Shown here: positions 1 through 13,778 of the stretch, one piece after another
Position numbering within the stretch: the first letter of the stretch is position 1
Layout of the letters: each line of letters begins with the position of its first letter
NCBI GenBank assembly: GCA_043228905.1
Contig: JBHGNT010000007.1
Coordinates: 186,001 to 250,000 of the forward strand
DNA: 64,000 nt
DNA from: Azolla caroliniana
Lineage: Eukaryota; Plantae; Polypodiophyta
Reading direction: 5' to 3'
Made by a program: the position numbers and the translations under genes
The notes under the pieces: model-generated
The model's input: only the letters and a program-made list of their open reading frames with translations
Databases searched by the model: none
Told to the model about the DNA's origin: nothing

Positions 1-342
1 GTCAATCAGTAAGCCGAGAAATTTTCTAGTATTGACTAGATGATCAAGGTATACTCTTGGATATCAATGACATGAGGATTATTGTATAGTCATGCTATGC
101 GTGAAACAATTATTAATAATTTATGCAACTTGATAATTGCATGTCTTGAATAATATATTGTTTTTGAATTGTCCTTCAGTTGTCTGCAAATAGAATAACC
201 AGTGTTATAGTTCGGATGTCAATCCCATTCTGGAGTCTGTATGTTCATAATTCTCAAGGAACATGTTTTATAGATAATAATATATGGTTGGAGAGTTTTT
301 CTTTTCCAGTGTCATGATGTTTGGGGTATGTTAAAACTACAG

Positions 343-627
343 GAAGTATTTGACAAGGACATGATTTCAGCTGACGATTCGATGGGGGATGCTGAGGTAG
401 ATTTTGGGCCTCTAATTGCAGCTGCACATAAACATGAACGGAGAAGAAATCGAGGAGGTTTACAGATGGGAAAAGTGATTGCAAAAGATGATAATGCCCT
501 TGTAGAAGACAGCATTATTTCACTTACAGAAGACGGGAAAGCTATACAAGAGCTTTTATTAAAACTCCAAAATGTGGAAAGCGGCATCTTGAAGCTACAG
601 CTTGAATGGATTCCTCTAAATCAGTGA
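343..627 (+). CDS. Terminal exon of a C2-domain protein (ARF-GAP AGD11/12/13 (ZAC)-like or CAR-like); 5' part lies outside the window
   Basis: Acceptor ctacAG at 341-342, then EVFDKDMISADDSMGDAEVDF...LKLQNVESGILKLQLEWIPLNQ*. This matches the C-terminal C2 domain of plant ZAC/AGD and CAR proteins (VYDxDxFSADDxMGxAEID...LQNVESGELELELEW). Confidence 0.85.
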   Translation, partial: EVFDKDMISADDSMGDAEVDFGPLIAAAHKHERRRNRGGLQMGKVIAKDDNALVEDSIISLTEDGKAIQELLLKLQNVESGILKLQLEWIPLNQ

Positions 628-803
628 CGTGTTAAATAGTATGTAGCTTGGATGTACAAGAGATTCATGCTTTTGTTTTTTGTATGATTGATTGTTTTCA
701 TTTATATATCAGTTTTTTTTTGTCAATGCTAATGCTTTCCAATAAGACTCTAGTCATAATTATTATATACGTCCAACAAATGGGCTGATCTACTCCCTAA
801 AGA

Positions 804-834
<31 letters not shown>

Positions 835-1033
835 CCTCGGAACCATCTCAAGTTTGTTGGATTCTTTTCTTTTCTTTTGATATTTGTAATAGTATAGAGA
901 CATGGTGGAGAGGACAAAACGTCAAGATTATGTATACAATGAACCAATTTGTTCAACATTAAACCATAAACTATGTAATATTTGGAATAATTTCTGTGCT
1001 CTCTAGGACCAAGTTGCGATATGACAACACTTA

Positions 1034-1913
1034 ATATTGAGGCATATGTCAATGACATCCTTACTAGTTGGAATTTACATGTGGTGACTACCCAGCCACC
1101 TAAGTGGCTTCATTTGCATCACTGTCTTGTAACAATGTGGTTGCCTAGTTCCAAAAAATGGGTGCCCTCTAGCATGCCATGTATCATTGATATTTGCCTC
1201 CATGTGCTTGATATTGAGGCACATGTCGATGACATCCTTACTAGTTGGAATTTACATGTGGTGACTGCCCAGCCACCTAAGTGGCGTCATTTGCGTCACT
1301 ATCTTGTAACAATGTGGTTGTCTAGTTCCAATAAATGGTGCCCTCTAGCATGCTATATATGATTGATATTCACCTCCATGTGCTTGATATTGAGGCACAT
1401 GTCGATGAAATCCTTACTAGTTGGAATTTACATGTGGTGACTACCCAGCCACCTAAGTGGATTCATTTGCATCACTATCTTGTAACAATGTGGTTGCCTA
1501 GTTCCAATACATGGGTGCCTTCTAGCATGCTATGTATGATTGATATTCACCTCCATGTGCTTGATATTGAGGCACATGTCGATGACATCCTTACTAGTTG
1601 GAATTTACATGTGGTGACTACCCAACCACCTAAGTGGCTTTATTTGCATCGCTATCTTGTAACAATGTGGTTGCTTAGTTCCAATAAATGGGTGCCCTCT
1701 AGCATGCTATATATGATTGATATTCACCTCCATGTGCTTGATATTGAGGCACGTGTCGATGACATCCTTACTAGTTGGAATTGACATGTGGTGACTACCC
1801 ATCCACCAAAGTGGCTTCATTTGCTTCGTTGTCTTGTAACAATGTGGTTGCCAAGTTCCAAAAAATGGGTGCCCTCTAGCATGCTATGTATGATTGATAT
1901 TCACCTCCATGTG
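1034..1913. repeat. Tandem repeat, ~177-bp unit, ~5 copies
   Basis: The motif atattgaggca recurs at 1034, 1211, 1387, 1564 and 1741 (spacing 177/176/177/177), with high identity between units. Confidence 0.95.
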
Positions 1914-2016
1914 TTTGGTCTTTGTGTAAAAGATGGGGCATGTGAGAGATGTAGGAGACATCCCATCATTGTGTATGACCTCAACAAAGTGAGCAAACCA
2001 CATGAGGTGCTTGCAT

Positions 2017-2264
2017 TAGAGAATAGGCAATGTTTTGGTTTTCGCTTAACCAGTTTGGCCTCGTCTAAACCAAATCAGTTAAGCCTTACCCGGTTTAGGA
2101 ATTGATTTGGTCCTAAATTGCGCGTTTTGGCTTGAACCTTGCCAAACCAAGCTCAAACTAGTTAAGGAAGCTGAAGCTTGACCAAATTGAACCGAATTGA
2201 CAAATCATTTATAAATGGTTTAGCAACTCGGTTTAGGCTTGAATCGGGTTGTTGTCAACTCCTA
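2017..2264. mobile_element. Degenerate hAT-type MITE
   Basis: Imperfect TIRs (tagagaataggcaa ... ttgtcaactccta), interior rich in AACC/GGTT motifs, flanked by the direct repeat CTTGCAT (2010-2016 and 2265-2271), consistent with a 7-8-bp TSD. Confidence 0.55.
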
Positions 2265-2830
2265 CTTGCATGAATTCATTGCCTTTGTGGATAAGACTCC
2301 AGACTTTTTTAGCATGAGAGTGAACTACGACATCCATTGAAATGTTAATAGTGCCTTTTCCTTTTTGCCATCTAGCATCGGGCAAACATACGACTCTTTA
2401 TGTTGTGTTAGCATTTAGTAATGGAGACCATGAGGTCATGGGTTCAACCCCTACATTCCACGGTGGCATCTAAGAAATTAAGAGGATATCAAAGAGTAGT
2501 AATAAATAAGTGAGAAAATTGGATCGGGAACCAGGCCTAACTAGGGTAAAGTAATCCACAACCTAAGGTAAGCTAATTACAAAAGATTAAGCGAGGTGCG
2601 TTTTATAACGTCCACAACAAAAAGGATGTGTTTCCGAACATGGCCGCTTTCCCCCCTCCCAACTCATACAAACGGGATGGGCGCACGTGTGAAATCAAAA
2701 TTTTGTGCGCGATGGCTGCGCTTTAGGGTTATGCACATTGAGTTAGGGCTTGTCAGGAGTAACGCAGAGTTAGGGCAATTTCCTGTTTTGATCGCCATCT
2801 CTTCGTTACGTCTGGAGGATCTCCTAAAGA

Positions 2831-5800
2831 ATGGAGGAGAAACAGACTAAGAAGATCGGGAAGAGGAGAACAAATGCACAGAGGCTAGTGCGGGACACAA
2901 CTACCAGAGTATGCTTTCTGATCATGCCTCTTTTTCCTTGAACGTGTCTTTGCTTGATTAAACGGAATTTCGTGTCTTTGAACAAATTTACGATCAAGTA
3001 CTAATACCCCTGAGGTGAATTTTTATGGAGTTGTTAAGCTTTCTGCAATATACTTAATGTCTTTTACTAGCTGAAACGTTTTGGTATCTTAAAGATTTTG
3101 GATTGTGTAGTAAATATTTAGCTTTCTTTCAATGTTGATTCTCATAACGTGATTTTATGACACTATTAGATTTTCTTGGTATTTCTTGCTTTGTGAATTG
3201 ACTAAGCAAAAAGTGCTTTGATTGTCTATCCTAGCCATTTTTATGCTTCTGCAGCCACTATTTCATTTCTTTGCCCTCTTTAGGGAGTGAAACTAGCCGA
3301 AAGAACTTCTGATTGAGTTTTCTGGCCAATCTTAAGCTGTTGCAACTACTACTTTTTCCCTTGTATGATGATCAAGATGAGAAATTTGGCATATCTTTCT
3401 TTGTTGAGATGAATAATGTGAATGACATTATCAGTATTTTGTACCCTAGAATGTTTCTTAGGAAAAGTTATAGTACCCCTGATAGAATTTTTGACATGTA
3501 TTGCTTTGTCTTTGTTTAGCTGAAATTATCCTACGAGATTATTACACTCTCGATTGAGTTTTCTAGGTAACTTAAAATATTACATTAGCTATGTTTCACG
3601 AAAACTGGATATGATACCCGTGATTGAGAATGTTGTCTTTTTATTGACGTTGATCATTTTACTCATGATTCATGAAAATTTATTCCAATTCTGCTTCTGG
3701 GGTTTTCCAAGCAACATGAACCTTATGTATATTGTTTTTATAATTCTACCGTTGGGTTGTTCAGGACTCCCAGTGGAGGTTGACCATTATGATCCTCGAA
3801 AAGTTTTTTGGGTCAGTGTTTACCAATTTGGAAACACTGTTTTTTTCATAAACTTCAATATTTTGATAATGCATACTGGAACTTGTTAATGAAGTCTGAG
3901 CATAAACTTGTAAATGTAAGCTGAGAATATGTAATTACTGGAATTGAATGATCACCAATGCCTCTAATTATGACCAAGGAAATTATTTGTAGCGATCCAG
4001 GACATGTCACAGTAGGACTTTAAGAAATGAAAAACCACACTCTGTATAGTACACCATTGCTATATAGGATTTATAATCTAGTATAGATTATCCAAAACAA
4101 TCAGTGAGAATTTGTAGTTCAGATTGACTAAGGAGAATAGGCTCATAGAAAAGCTGCAATGCACAGAAAAAGACGTTCATTGATGCCATATCATCTAAAT
4201 TGGCTCTGCGATCCTATTGATTAAGGAAAAATACCTTGATAATAAGGAGATCAGACCAAAAACATGCCATTTGTTGAAGCATTATTCCAATCTGAAGAAT
4301 AATAACCCCAAAACTTTAATAGATATTAGACGCATACAGTGAATGAAATCCTATAATATTGATTAGTCTGACCTATCTGCATTTCTTGTTTTGTACTGAG
4401 AACGTTGGCATTACTGTACATGCTCATTGGCATAATGAAATGAGCTGACTTATGAGTTGAAACTAAAGCTTTTGTTTCACATCGGTATATGTTAGAATTT
4501 TCTCAATGAAGCTGGAAGACATAATTTAGATTCATGATTGTGGCGTATTGTTTGTTGACGTTGCACAAACTTGCTTATGGATTAACTGATTTAACCATTT
4601 CTTATTTTATATTTATATTCCAACCTGCAGCATTTTGAACAGCTAACAAGGAAAGCACGAGCATTGGCTGGTGAAGCTGTATATTCCATACCTGTGAGCT
4701 TCAATATGTTAAGATGTGCACTGACTTGAACTATCTAATTCTTGAAAAAATGTTGCACACAGGAACCTTTAGATGTGTCTTTGCGGGCAATTTCAGAGAA
4801 ATGTAATATTTGTCTATACTTTTTTATGTGTTCCATTGCATTATTTGTTAGTCTATAACAACTGACCTATTGAGTGACAACAGTGACTAACCTTCAACAA
4901 CTGCATTCGAAACTTCAAGAAAGCCTTACCAGGTATTTCTGTTTATTTGGTTTCAATTTAGACATTAGTCTCTCTGTCATCTAACTAAGATGGTTAGAAT
5001 GCTGGCTATATTTGATCTATGTGTATCTTAGTGGTTCAGAACAACTTATTGCTGCTCGATTACGACAGGAATTTGAGGATTCACAGGCAGAGTGTGCTTC
5101 TGGTCTGTTGCTTTTCAACATGTGTTTTGAATATGAGTTTACCATACATAATTACTTGTAGAAAATATTGGATCGAGCATTCCTAGAATTCTTGAAAATC
5201 AGGGAAAGACATTCTCTCATTGGTTTATAGTTAAGGAGGCAAAAGACTGGGTCAAACCCTCTTAAACAAAAAATTTCAAGGCATTCCAATTGGATACTAA
5301 CAGATTTCCTAGACTGTAAAATATGAATCTATGACAACGTCCCTTCCATTTAGTAGCTTTCAGTTTGCTGATTGAATAATTATCTTGCAGACATTTTATT
5401 GAAATCTTTTGAATATAATTAGGGCAAAACCTGCAGGCATCAAATTCATTCTATGCAGATGTTGAAATTTTCCTTACTATATTGCAGTAGAGGAGCGGGA
5501 AGAAGAGGATTGCAGTGATGAGGTCATTTCTTATATACGTAGAGAAGTGAGTCACTTTCTTAACATTACTTTTTTCGGTTATTGATGAGCATCTACTAAT
5601 ATTCTACAATCTTTTAAGTTTCAGTTCCTGTTGCATAGAGAGGGTGAAATGAATGTTCTGGAGGACTCGACACGTAAACTGTTTTGCCTTGAAGGCAAGG
5701 TAGTCAAATCATTGCCACTTTGTTTTGAAGTTAATATTCAGTTTAATTGGCCTTGTGAATACGAAGTTCATTGACAGATTATCAGTGGTTTGAAAGAGGG

Positions 5801-8800
5801 CCGTATCGGTGTCCAGTATGACACATTTTATACAGGTGAAAATATGTTTTCTCATTGAATTGCCAACTAACATTCAAGCTATGTTCACAAACTGAGATTT
5901 ATTAACATTAATATTTTAAATATGTTAGAATCTAGATGATACCTTATCTCATCATTTATAAATGATAATTGCATTTCTTTCATGCCTGATTCTGATCATG
6001 AGTGAAATATCTTTGTCCCTAAACAGAACGTGTTTTGTGTAGGAGAGCTGATTGAAAGCTACTATTTAGTTCTGGCTGCACGATCTTATGCAGAGACATT
6101 GTCTGTATCAGAACATACAATTCCATTTTTTTTGCCTCTACGGGAAGCTGAAAACCGATATCTATCGTCAAGCCCAGCAGTGAGTTGGTGACCTCTAGCA
6201 TTCCAGAACCCTTTTTAATTGTGTGACTATTCAATAAATGTGTCTGCTGTTACACATGTGATGCAGATGTTTATTAATGTGATTGGTGACTTGCTTCAAG
6301 CATATGTATCACGAAGAGAACAGGTAATTCCAGTTTCAGTGTAAACTAAGTAACATAATAATAATTTGATACTGCATCGATGAAGTTCAGTTGGAACAAA
6401 TGTTTTCCATTGTACAGATAAAAGCATTCAAATTATCAAGAACAGAGAATATCAAGCACATGGCGCATACAGTGCGCTGTGATGTTGTCGATTTTATGGT
6501 CGAAGAATTTGCATGGTATGATGATAAGTTTTCTCCCTCCTATTAACAGCCTAGTACCAGTATTAATCATGTAACTACATACAGCAAGGTGACAGTAAGC
6601 CTGAGTTATGAGGACTTGCGTTCTGAGCTGCCTACTCAAACAAAGGTGATTATCTGGCCTCTTGCTTCATCTGAGGAAAAGCACCAGTCTGCCTGTTTGG
6701 ATGGAAACAAGCCCAAAGTTACCCCAATCAGTTTGTTATATGCAGAGAGAATTTTGAAAGAAGAACATTTGCCTAGAGGTAATAAAATGCATTTCATAAA
6801 AAGGTTATTGCATCATGCTATTTGGTAATGGTCTATGAATTGATATAATTATATTACCTACAATTAAGTATCTACTTTAGGAATGTCTGAGCTATCTCCT
6901 ATGCTGTAGTATGTGACCTGGCATTAATCTCAAAATTTTAAAGCATATTGTGGAATCAGTGGAGGGTTTACGTATCTAGTACCTTGCCAATCTCCAACAA
7001 TGTCATAGGGAAGGGGATCAATGCCCTACAATGTTTTTGAGCAAGATAATGATAACGATTTATTATTGTTACAAGAGTGAAAGGGTGCCAAAATTGCCTT
7101 CACTTAAACAACCAAACTTATGTGCCTAGAGGGTGGGGTTGTTTTAGGATTTAGGGTTTCACGTAGAAAATGTGCAAGTGAATAGCGACTCTTGATGTTC
7201 AGGAACTTTATTAGTGAATGTTGTAATCAAAAGTGCACATCGTGGTTGTAAGAGAACTTCATGTAAGGATTAGGTTGGGTCAAAAGTTGGATGTCAGCAA
7301 TGGGAAATCGTTGTATCAAACTGTGATATTCATATCCATGAACTCGTTTAGGGAAAAATGTGCATAGTCAATTACTCTCATCACTAGTGCCCCAACATCT
7401 TGTCTCACATTGTAGTGAGTGTGAGCTAAGTCGCACAGAAGCAATGGTTCAGATGGCAGACAACGAGATGGGCTTTAACAGCTAAGGATGTGCAACATGG
7501 TTTTATAGTTAGGTTCAACATTTATAATGTGTGAAGCATGAGCCTCCACATCCTTCCAATTTCATTATACATTGGTGTTGCAAAAACGCTTCATTCACAA
7601 AGGAATCTATTTATGTATCATGAAGCAAATGTGGTGCATCCTATCTTATAAACAATATTTTCATATCTTGCAGCCAACCAGAATACAAAATTTTGCTTTA
7701 TGTGTCTTTCTCATCTTGTTGCTTGCTTCCCATGCAATTCTAGGAAGTCTCTACAAGGTACTTTTTTATTCTTAAGAGTGTATTCTGCATTCTTTTCCAT
7801 GGCCATGATCTCAATGGAAGTGATCTTGTCTCAAGAAGTAGGAGTGTATGGCGTTTGTTTCTTGACTTGGAGAAACTTTGTAAGAAAATGCTTTTGGACA
7901 TTTTCAAACTAGAAGGATAACAAAGTGATCGATGGTGCTATGATGTTTCCAAATAGCCAACTTGTCCATAAACGCTCTTACCATTATTTCAGCCCATGCA
8001 CTTACCTTTGATTCCATTATACATCCAAATAATTTTACCATTATTGAGCTGACCATGACTGTTCCATAATATTTTACATTTTTTACATATCCACCTTCAT
8101 GTAAAGGTTTAATCTAATTCGTAGTCCAATCGAAAGGCATGCAATGCATGATTAAATATCACTTATCGATGCATGTGCTTCCTTTCTTGTTGAGTTGAAC
8201 ATTACAGCCTTTATGCATAAGAGAAGAAGGGATTAGTTACCCTTCCTTAGTAGTGATTTTTATTAAATGGCTAATTTAAATCTCATCATGGTTCAAGCCC
8301 TCCTTTTCAACACATGTTGTACCTTTGTCAACCATTTTAATGTGCCCCTCGAAGTACATGTTCATTTCTGGAAGATGTGTAGGATACAAGTTGTAAATCC
8401 TCAACCTCCACTATTTGGCTGTGCTGAACGATAGTAGACTGATTAATCTCAAAGTATTAATCTCAAAAAGAGCCGTGTGTGAAAAGTTCAAAAAGTTGTC
8501 AACAGAATGGAGACATGGATATTAGAGATTTGGTGTTCTCATTTAAAGTCAAAATCTTTATGTGAAGGGTCATAGTTTCAAGGCTGCCATTTGCTGCTTC
8601 ATTCTTCTTGGCATGGTATGTCATGACATTCATCTCCCTCTTGTGGACCTCAAGGATGGAGCCATCTAGTTCTTCCACGAGAGTGTTAACCACTACTTTC
8701 TGAGCCCAAAACCCAACACTCTTGTTAAGAGTCAAATATTCGCATACAGCATTCTCCTGTTTTGAATGGATTACAGCATTCTCCTGTTTCTGCCCCATTA

Positions 8801-9023
8801 CTTTGCCACAAATATACTTTAATTTCTATGGTTTATAGCATAAATTTCTTCTCGATGAGATTTTATGCCAGCCAGATTACTTTGTACTATCCTTATAATT
8901 GAAAGATTTTCTGTTAATTCAGCATACCAAGGACTTGTGGAGGGTATAACCACCATATTCTCAGGGCAAATGACCTCCACAGTTGATTCGGTGACACTCT
9001 CTGCTGCTCCTGAAGAACAGTAA
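2831..9023 (+). CDS. CENP-O: Centromere protein O (CENP-O/Mcm21 family, COMA complex), multi-exon gene
   Basis: Hand-spliced GT-AG exons: MEEKQ...DTTTR (2831-2908), HFEQLTRKARALA (4631), RLRQEFEDSQ (~5060), KLFCLEGK/IISGLKEGRIGVQYDTFYT (5624-5836), YYLVLAARSYAETLSVSEHTIPFFLPLREAENRYL (6043-6179), FINVIGDLLQAYVSRREQ (~6268-6324), VSLSYEDLRSELPTQTKVIIWP...LLYAERIL (6586-6778), and last exon 8923-9023 ending in TAA. HTIPFFLPL and GDLLQAYV are hallmark plant CENP-O motifs. Boundaries of the small N-terminal exons are less certain. Confidence 0.9.
7500..8500 (+). pseudogene. Possible highly decayed hAT-like transposase remnant in the last CENP-O intron
   Basis: Faint, frameshifted echoes of hAT motifs (HAL-x-P-x-Y-like near 7995-8020; CAER followed by a basic stretch near 8420-8500) in an unusually long 2.1-kb intron. 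No ORF. Confidence 0.25.
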
Positions 9024-10414
9024 ACCTGTTTGTAGTAATATATATATATATAAGGCTAAAGCCACATTCAGTTTTCTGTTAATTCTGAAAGGCTACTTTC
9101 CAGGTGCTATTTCCAAGGTAATCCTTTGCTGTGATAGTCTTCTAAATTCATTTAAAAGCCTACTTCAAGAATATTTCGGTGCAACTTGAAAGAATTCTTG
9201 ACTGATCTTAAACAAAGCTCATATTTGTTTTTATGCTTGAATCAAAGCACCTGGAACAAGTTTTCTTCTTGAACATCATGACTCTTCCCAGTGGTATAAA
9301 TAGTGATCTCGTTTATGAACAAAATGATAAGGTTATCAAGCAAGATAACGAGGAGTATCAATCATACAGTGTATTGTCACCATTGAAAGATCTGATAAAC
9401 TTTATTCACCAGAAGGCAAGGTGAAAGAACATTTATGAAACATGTATCCAATATTTAAGGGATCTATTTATATTTTAAATCACAAAGATTTGTTTTGAGC
9501 CTTTGTTTTAATTATGTTTTAAATTTGATTTCTCAACTGACAACTTGTTACCCTGCCTTTTGAGCTGTTTGTGCAAGTTGAAAGCAGCTCTACAACTTCA
9601 AATGTGTGACTCTCTGAATTCATATCTCATTTCTGTTATTCTGCCCATGTAGGGGGTAAATAGACACATTTTCTCTTCTTCTCATGGTCACATTGTCAAT
9701 ATTGCATTATCCATTTGTTTTGCTGTAATTGCATACTAGTGTATGGCTAATCAAAGTTTTGTTTTAACTTACACATGGATGGGCACCAGTTGAGAGGAAA
9801 TTTAGTGTAGGTCTACCAAGTCTTTAATATTGTATATAAATTTGTCTAGTATACATTGTTGTGCTTGGTCTTATTCTCTGTGCCACATCCTTGTATGAAC
9901 GTTTTCATAATATCACCACCTTTTTATAAAGACTGCACATGTTGACAAGTGTTACAAATAATGTAGCTGTTTATTCATAAGGTGATGTAGCCTCATTTTC
10001 ACAATCTCACTGGTTTTTAACAAAGAATTGTGCACCTTTAGAGCTATTCATGAACTATAAAATGCTTATTTATTCTGTATTGGAAATAAATCAAGGGAAA
10101 CAACCTGTTGGTCTCAAAGAAGACAATGAATGCAAGCTTATATTCATAAACCAACTATAGCTTGTCCTATGGCAGAAGGGAATTTTTTGCTACTTGTAGA
10201 AGACATTAGATGCAAATTAAAACTGCAACAGTTATGAATTTAAGTCATTTCCATGAAATGAGCAAGGAAACCACTCAAATCAGTCAATACAATGTCATCC
10301 TTTGAAGTATGCCACTATTGATGCAGCTTATAACGTGAAGTCTTTAAACCTTATTAGGGATAGTGTGCTTGTGAAATACATATATTTTATTGGCAAAGTT
10401 CACACAACTTACAA

Positions 10415-10779
10415 CTCTAAAAGTGAACTTTCTGACTCTTTATTGTCAAATAGATGTTCCAGAAGTTCGTGTGTACTTTGAACTACATTGTCTGAATGTA
10501 ATAGGCTTCATCAGTGTGTTTTTGAACACTGCACGAATATAATAGCCTCACATTCGTGATAAAGATTAGCTAGGAGTTTTACACACCAATTGTACTCACA
10601 GCTCTAAATGTAAACTTTCTGACTCTTTATTGTCAAATAGATGTTCCAGAAGTTTGTGTACTTTGAACTACATTGTATGAATGTAATAGGCCTCATCAAT
10701 GTGATTTTGAACACTGCACGAATATAATAGCCTCACATATGTGATCAATATTAGCTAGGAGTTTTACACGCCAATTGTA
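10415..10779. repeat. Tandem duplication, ~187-bp unit, 2 copies
   Basis: ctctaa...aactttctgactctttattgtcaaatagatgttccagaag...ccaattgta starts at 10415 and again at 10602. Confidence 0.9.
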
Positions 10780-13436
10780 AATTGTGAGCTGTACATATTG
10801 GTACTAGTTCACAAATACAACACATATACCGTAGATGTGAATGACATTATATATGCATGGCAATCATGCATTTGAAAATAAATTTATGATAAATTAATCA
10901 ATGTAAGGCAACTTAGATTAACTGAAGTTCTGAATGCTAGTTATGAAAGCTATGAGAAAGTTATGACATCCTACTTGTGAAGGAGGAGGTTTAGGTGGTC
11001 GGAGAATGACCACCTTAATAATGATTTACTAGTATGCAACCTATCCCATTTGCACAATGGAATCCAAAACAAAACATTGATAGGATTCAAGTCATCAAGC
11101 CACAGAACAGAAAGCTAAAAAGATCTAAAAACTCTTTCAAATGTGACACATGGAAAATGACATGTACAGCATTTAGAACAGGAAATAACTTCACTCATAG
11201 CATTGTACACACATTAATCCTACAGCACCAATGTGTGCTTCGATACTAGGCAGTACATGTACTTTTCAGCATACTACTTCACAACCTAGACCTGTATTGA
11301 TGAACCAGTTGCTGATAGCTTCTCCAGAAGTGCACTTTTTTTAAAATATTGCTGCTCTCCTCCAGCTTTTATCCCTAAACCTAGATCCATATTCGTTTGT
11401 TCTCTATTTTCTATGGAGGGTTTCGAAAGTGGCCAAGTAAATTAGGCCCAAGTTTCTTCTGTTGTATCTTCCTGTACCCTTTAAAAGCTTCGCAGGATAA
11501 TTATAAGCCAAATTCAACAAACTAACGATGTCAGTCAAACACAATCATACTAGTAGTTTAAGCAGTCTACAAAGAAGTAATTAGCAATAAATTTGATGTA
11601 AAACCAGAAGGGTGTTTTGGGAAACAAATCAAAACAAACAATTTTATTAGTTAGGGATATAGTTCCAGCATATCAAAAGTGCTGCCCTCAGTTCTCTATA
11701 ACAAAAACCTAATTTTCCTTGCTAGATTTCTCCTGCATAACCAAGATGCTGAGTTCTCAAGCTGCCATTAATTGGTGACGACCAAAACATTCATTCATTA
11801 TGGGATGGATGGGATCCCTGCAGAATTTGAGAAACAGCAGTAATGATTACAAAGATTTACGTTAAAACATTTTAAAGGCATCCATTGATCTTTGGCCTGT
11901 CACATCATATTCACCCGTTGTTTTGGTTAAGACAGGTAGCGATACAGATCACAGCAATGATAATATTAGAAAGTCAAATTACAACAAATTCAGGCGATTG
12001 AGGAAAAAGAAAAACTCAGGGATCCCGTTTAAGAGAAAAAAAAACTAGTTTCTCCATTGGGATCCCAACTTTGCATATCATGAAAGAGCCATGTCAAGAA
12101 TTTGTGACTCAAGAATAGAAAGACAGATTTTAAATCTTTCACGACAGAAGTATAATTGGATGAAGAGGTTCGTTTATGGGATCCCAACTTTACTGCACCC
12201 ATCATAGGAAGATTCCTCCTTTGCATTTGTCTTCCAAAGATTCTCATGCTGATGATGATCTTATAGTAACAAACAGAGGGGATAAAATGTATCGTGGGTA
12301 TATGCTCCACCTTAAAAGAAACTTTAGAAAGACACTATCATGTTCAATCTAGGGTTTCTTTTTCTCAGACTAGAACTTAAATGCAAGGTGTACTAAACTA
12401 TGCCATGACACAAAACCCATGAAGACAAAAGAAGAAGCGTTTGGAGGATAGAGGATAGGTGTTTCCACCAATATTTGGCATGATGGGTTCTCACATACTG
12501 GGTGGTCAGGCTTCACTCAACCAAAATTTTCACACATGTGGCCATTAAGGGCTTCATTCGAAATTTTCATGTCCCTAACTATAGAGTTATATCCCTCGCA
12601 TCATAGGTTGCATTATAAACAAGGTATACAAAACCATGAAATAACAAGGTGGAAAAACAATATTATCATAAAGAGCTTAAACATATAAAAGATACTCGAT
12701 GTTTATTTAGCAATAGAAAAGTTATACATATAAAAGAAACTTTAAATATGTATTCCTTCAGTTGCTTCCACTAACCTTGGGTAAAGTTGGTTCTTATCTT
12801 AAATACCCAAAGCATCATTATTAATGTCAAACCCTATGGTATTCTACTCCTCATATGTATTCTACACCTAGTTCTATGGCCAGGTCAAAGATTAACCACG
12901 TGATTACACGAAAATAAACACAACAAAAGACAACGAGAAGAATCAAGACAGGAGGAGAGGGAGGATCTTTACACTAATCTTAGCATTGTTGGGTAGCCTC
13001 CGACAATGAGTCTAAAAGTCATAATATCATGTCCATCCATCCTAATGCAGTTTTGCATCAGTACTTGCAACATAAACAATAAATAAAAAACCAAAACATT
13101 ACACAGGACAAAAACAACGGAAAAAAACTCAAGAAAAAGGAAAAAAATCTTTTTGATCTGGGAAACTTGCAAAAATCTTTTTTTTAGAACAATTACAAAG
13201 AAAGCAAGCAGCAAGAAAAAACAAGAAGGGCGTTTTTTTTATTTTACTTTCAATTATATGGGAACCACCACCATAAGGCCTCCATTTTTTGATATTTCCT
13301 TAGGTACCCTAAGTTCCTAATATTTCTCCAAGCCCTCCTGCTCGGTCCCCTGTCCCTCTACTTCTCTAAATGTTTTCTGGGGTTCCTTTTTGACCGACTT
13401 ACCTTGGTAGCAAGCAAGCGAGTGAGCGTTTGTTTT

Positions 13437-13778
13437 TCAGACGATGGGTCGATAGTCTTCTACAGATAGGCCAGGAACAGGCCACGGCGTACCCGGAGGT
13501 TGCTCCCAGCGCTCTCTGATGCGTCGTATGCGATGCTCCCTGTTTGGCCTTGAATTTCCAAACTTCCCTCTGAACCTCTTCCCTTTCTTTGTCTTTTTGT
13601 CACCACGTCCGCACAGAGTTGAGGTAGCAACAGAGCTGGCTGGAGGCAGAGGTGAGGGATGAGAAGAATAGGAACAGGGAGAAGAGAAAAATGGGCGGAG
13701 AAAGGTGCAGGCAGTAGGGGCAGAAGAAGGCCAGAAGGGTCGTAACAAAGCGAGACTACAGAGACGAGAAGAAGCCAT
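13437..13778 (-). CDS. bTHXm: Organellar small-subunit ribosomal protein bTHX (S31/PSRP4 family), mitochondrial-type, with N-terminal transit peptide
   Basis: 113 aa. Ser/Pro/Arg-rich presequence, then CGRGDKKTKKGKRFRGKFGNSRP and a C-terminal PPGTPWPVP, as in the mitochondrial paralogue (..PRxTPWPxP). Confidence 0.88.
   Translation of the reverse strand: MASSRLCSLALLRPFWPSSAPTACTFLRPFFSSPCSYSSHPSPLPPASSVATSTLCGRGDKKTKKGKRFRGKFGNSRPNREHRIRRIRERWEQPPGTPWPVPGLSVEDYRPIV

Noticed and set aside
1021-2105. Repetitive ORFs (113, 149, 105 aa) or a CRISPR-like array
   Set aside because: These are products of a 177-bp tandem repeat with a frameshift between units. There are no unique spacers and the context is eukaryotic.
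2424-2460. tRNA B-box-like ggttcaaccc
   Set aside because: No cloverleaf or A-box can be built. At most a SINE relic.
10993-11015. 8-bp hairpin aggtggtc/gaccacct
   Set aside because: Isolated, too short for a miRNA precursor, and plausible by chance.
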